From Phoronis australis (lineage: Eukaryota > Animalia > Phoronida): a DNA stretch of 64,000 nucleotides. Shown here piece after piece: positions 62,611-64,000 of the stretch. How positions within the stretch are numbered: position 1 is the stretch's first letter; each line of letters begins with the position of its first letter. The notes under the pieces are model-generated. The model ran no database searches. It was not told the DNA's origin and saw only the letters and a list, made by a program, of their open reading frames with translations. Position numbers and translations under genes: made by a program. The stretch spans positions 74,896-138,895 of the forward strand of contig NMRA01000083.1 of the NCBI GenBank assembly GCA_002633005.1, written 5' to 3'.

Positions 62611-64000
62611 CCGCATTCGGCCTGATAACCACCCATCGCCCCATGCCTTTTCAGACTTCGCTAAAATAAGCACCCAGCCCATGAACGTTTACGTGTGAAA
62701 AATGCCTTACCTACAGTCCTAAAATTCTACTGTAATGGTTTCAATTTATCAATAATATCCGACAGTCCTGAAAAAATCATTGAGTGCGGAATTTGTAGAC
62801 CACGAGCCTTGCCGCTATGTCGGTATTTACCCATGACTGTACACTTGAAACTTTTGCCATGCCCATATCGAACACAAAAGTTTTGCTGATCTTGCGATGA
62901 ATGTGTTCCACTATGGTCTGCCTTTTCAGAACAGACGTAGTGTACTTGTCAACGGGATTGTATTGTAGATATTTCCCGACCTCATCAGGAATCCAAGTTT
63001 CTTTGTACACATGTAAACCGAGAATTAAAGAATAATAAAAACCGTGGCCAGTGTTAAAAGCACGTGGTCAGGAAGCGCGCGCTACGTGCATGTACCTGTC
63101 ATCAAAGACATTAGTAAGGAACTATCCATTTATGAAACAAGTAGCATAATATCGGCAAAAAATGAATATTGGCACTAATTTCTGACAATTGCTAATATTA
63201 TAAAGAATGTTTGCATTATTTTTAAGAGGGATTGTTTGATTAATCGTAATTGGTGATTTTAAAGCCAAATATCCGATTAAATGACCACTGATAGTGAATG
63301 CTTACTCACCCTTACACAGAAAAATAACTGTTAGATAGTCACGTAGGCATCCAGCCACACGGCAACTAATATGAGCCTTACCGAGACAAATAATGTCGAA
63401 CGTTTTTAGCACATGAGACCGGCAGTTGTGCTGAGTGAAACACGTTCTGCTTTAGGTGTACTGCTTGTGCTAATTTCTTAAGATACAATGCACATCTAGC
63501 TCGTTATATTGCGTTTACTCTGGCAAATGAACTCTGGTGACACACACGAGCTCCCTTACTCACACACGCAGACGAACTTCAAAACAAACATCACTGACAA
63601 CAATATGTGTGTTAGGCTAGATATTTTTCTTGTGTTGCCAATCATAGATGGCACGATGTAGCACAGATTTGTACTTAACCTGCCGTTAATCCCGAATCCA
63701 CGGAAACTTAAAAATCTTAGGGACACTATTTGGAAACCTTAAGGAGGATTTCAGGTAATTTGCTCGAGTCAAAACTGTATTTTTATTCAAGCATTCAAGT
63801 CACCATATCGACGATTGCAAGGCAGTCAGTCGGCAAGTTTTCGCCCTGGGATTTCAGCACAATTTTCTGTAAAATGATCATAATTTAACAGCAAAGTTTG
63901 ATAGCAATGCACCATAATTTTGTAGAACGTCTGTCATAGGTTACAGATACGTAACAGAGCGTAAATATGATGAATCTTAGCTTCCAATTTCACCCGTTTC
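62611..64000. mobile_element. Second copy of the mariner/pogo-like element (inverted, runs off window)
   Basis: TA|CCGCATTCGGCCTGATAACCACCCA terminus. About 63045-64000 is the reverse complement of about 49075-50040. Confidence 0.8.

Overview
Eukaryotic, intron-rich, AT-rich animal genomic DNA, probably a marine invertebrate. It is a draft assembly with single-N joins at 2113, 4517, 20200, 25009 and 56038. Four conserved housekeeping genes were rebuilt by hand from splice sites and reading phase, and they form two head-to-head pairs. TUFM (minus, 12 exons, 464 aa, one GC-AG intron) faces AIP (plus, 6 exons, 325 aa). POLD4 (minus, 4 exons, about 107 aa) faces TBL2 (plus, runs off the window end). 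Introns and intergenic DNA are packed with DNA transposons. First highlight: a 4.7-kb TTAA-flanked Kolobok-type element in AIP intron 4 has lost most of its THAP-transposase but keeps an intact, spliced 227-aa gene for a P2X7 cytoplasmic-ballast-like Cys-rich protein; two other Kolobok-type families in the window carry decayed pieces of the same module. Second highlight: a DINE-1/Helentron-like repeat family has an internal satellite that is a same-strand array of CTCF-consensus motifs every 115-160 bp. Also present are Mutator-like foldbacks, a mariner/pogo-like element, MITEs, tRNA-derived repeats, a Penelope-like remnant and two probable uncollapsed-haplotype duplications. All family assignments come from motif recognition by eye, not database searches.
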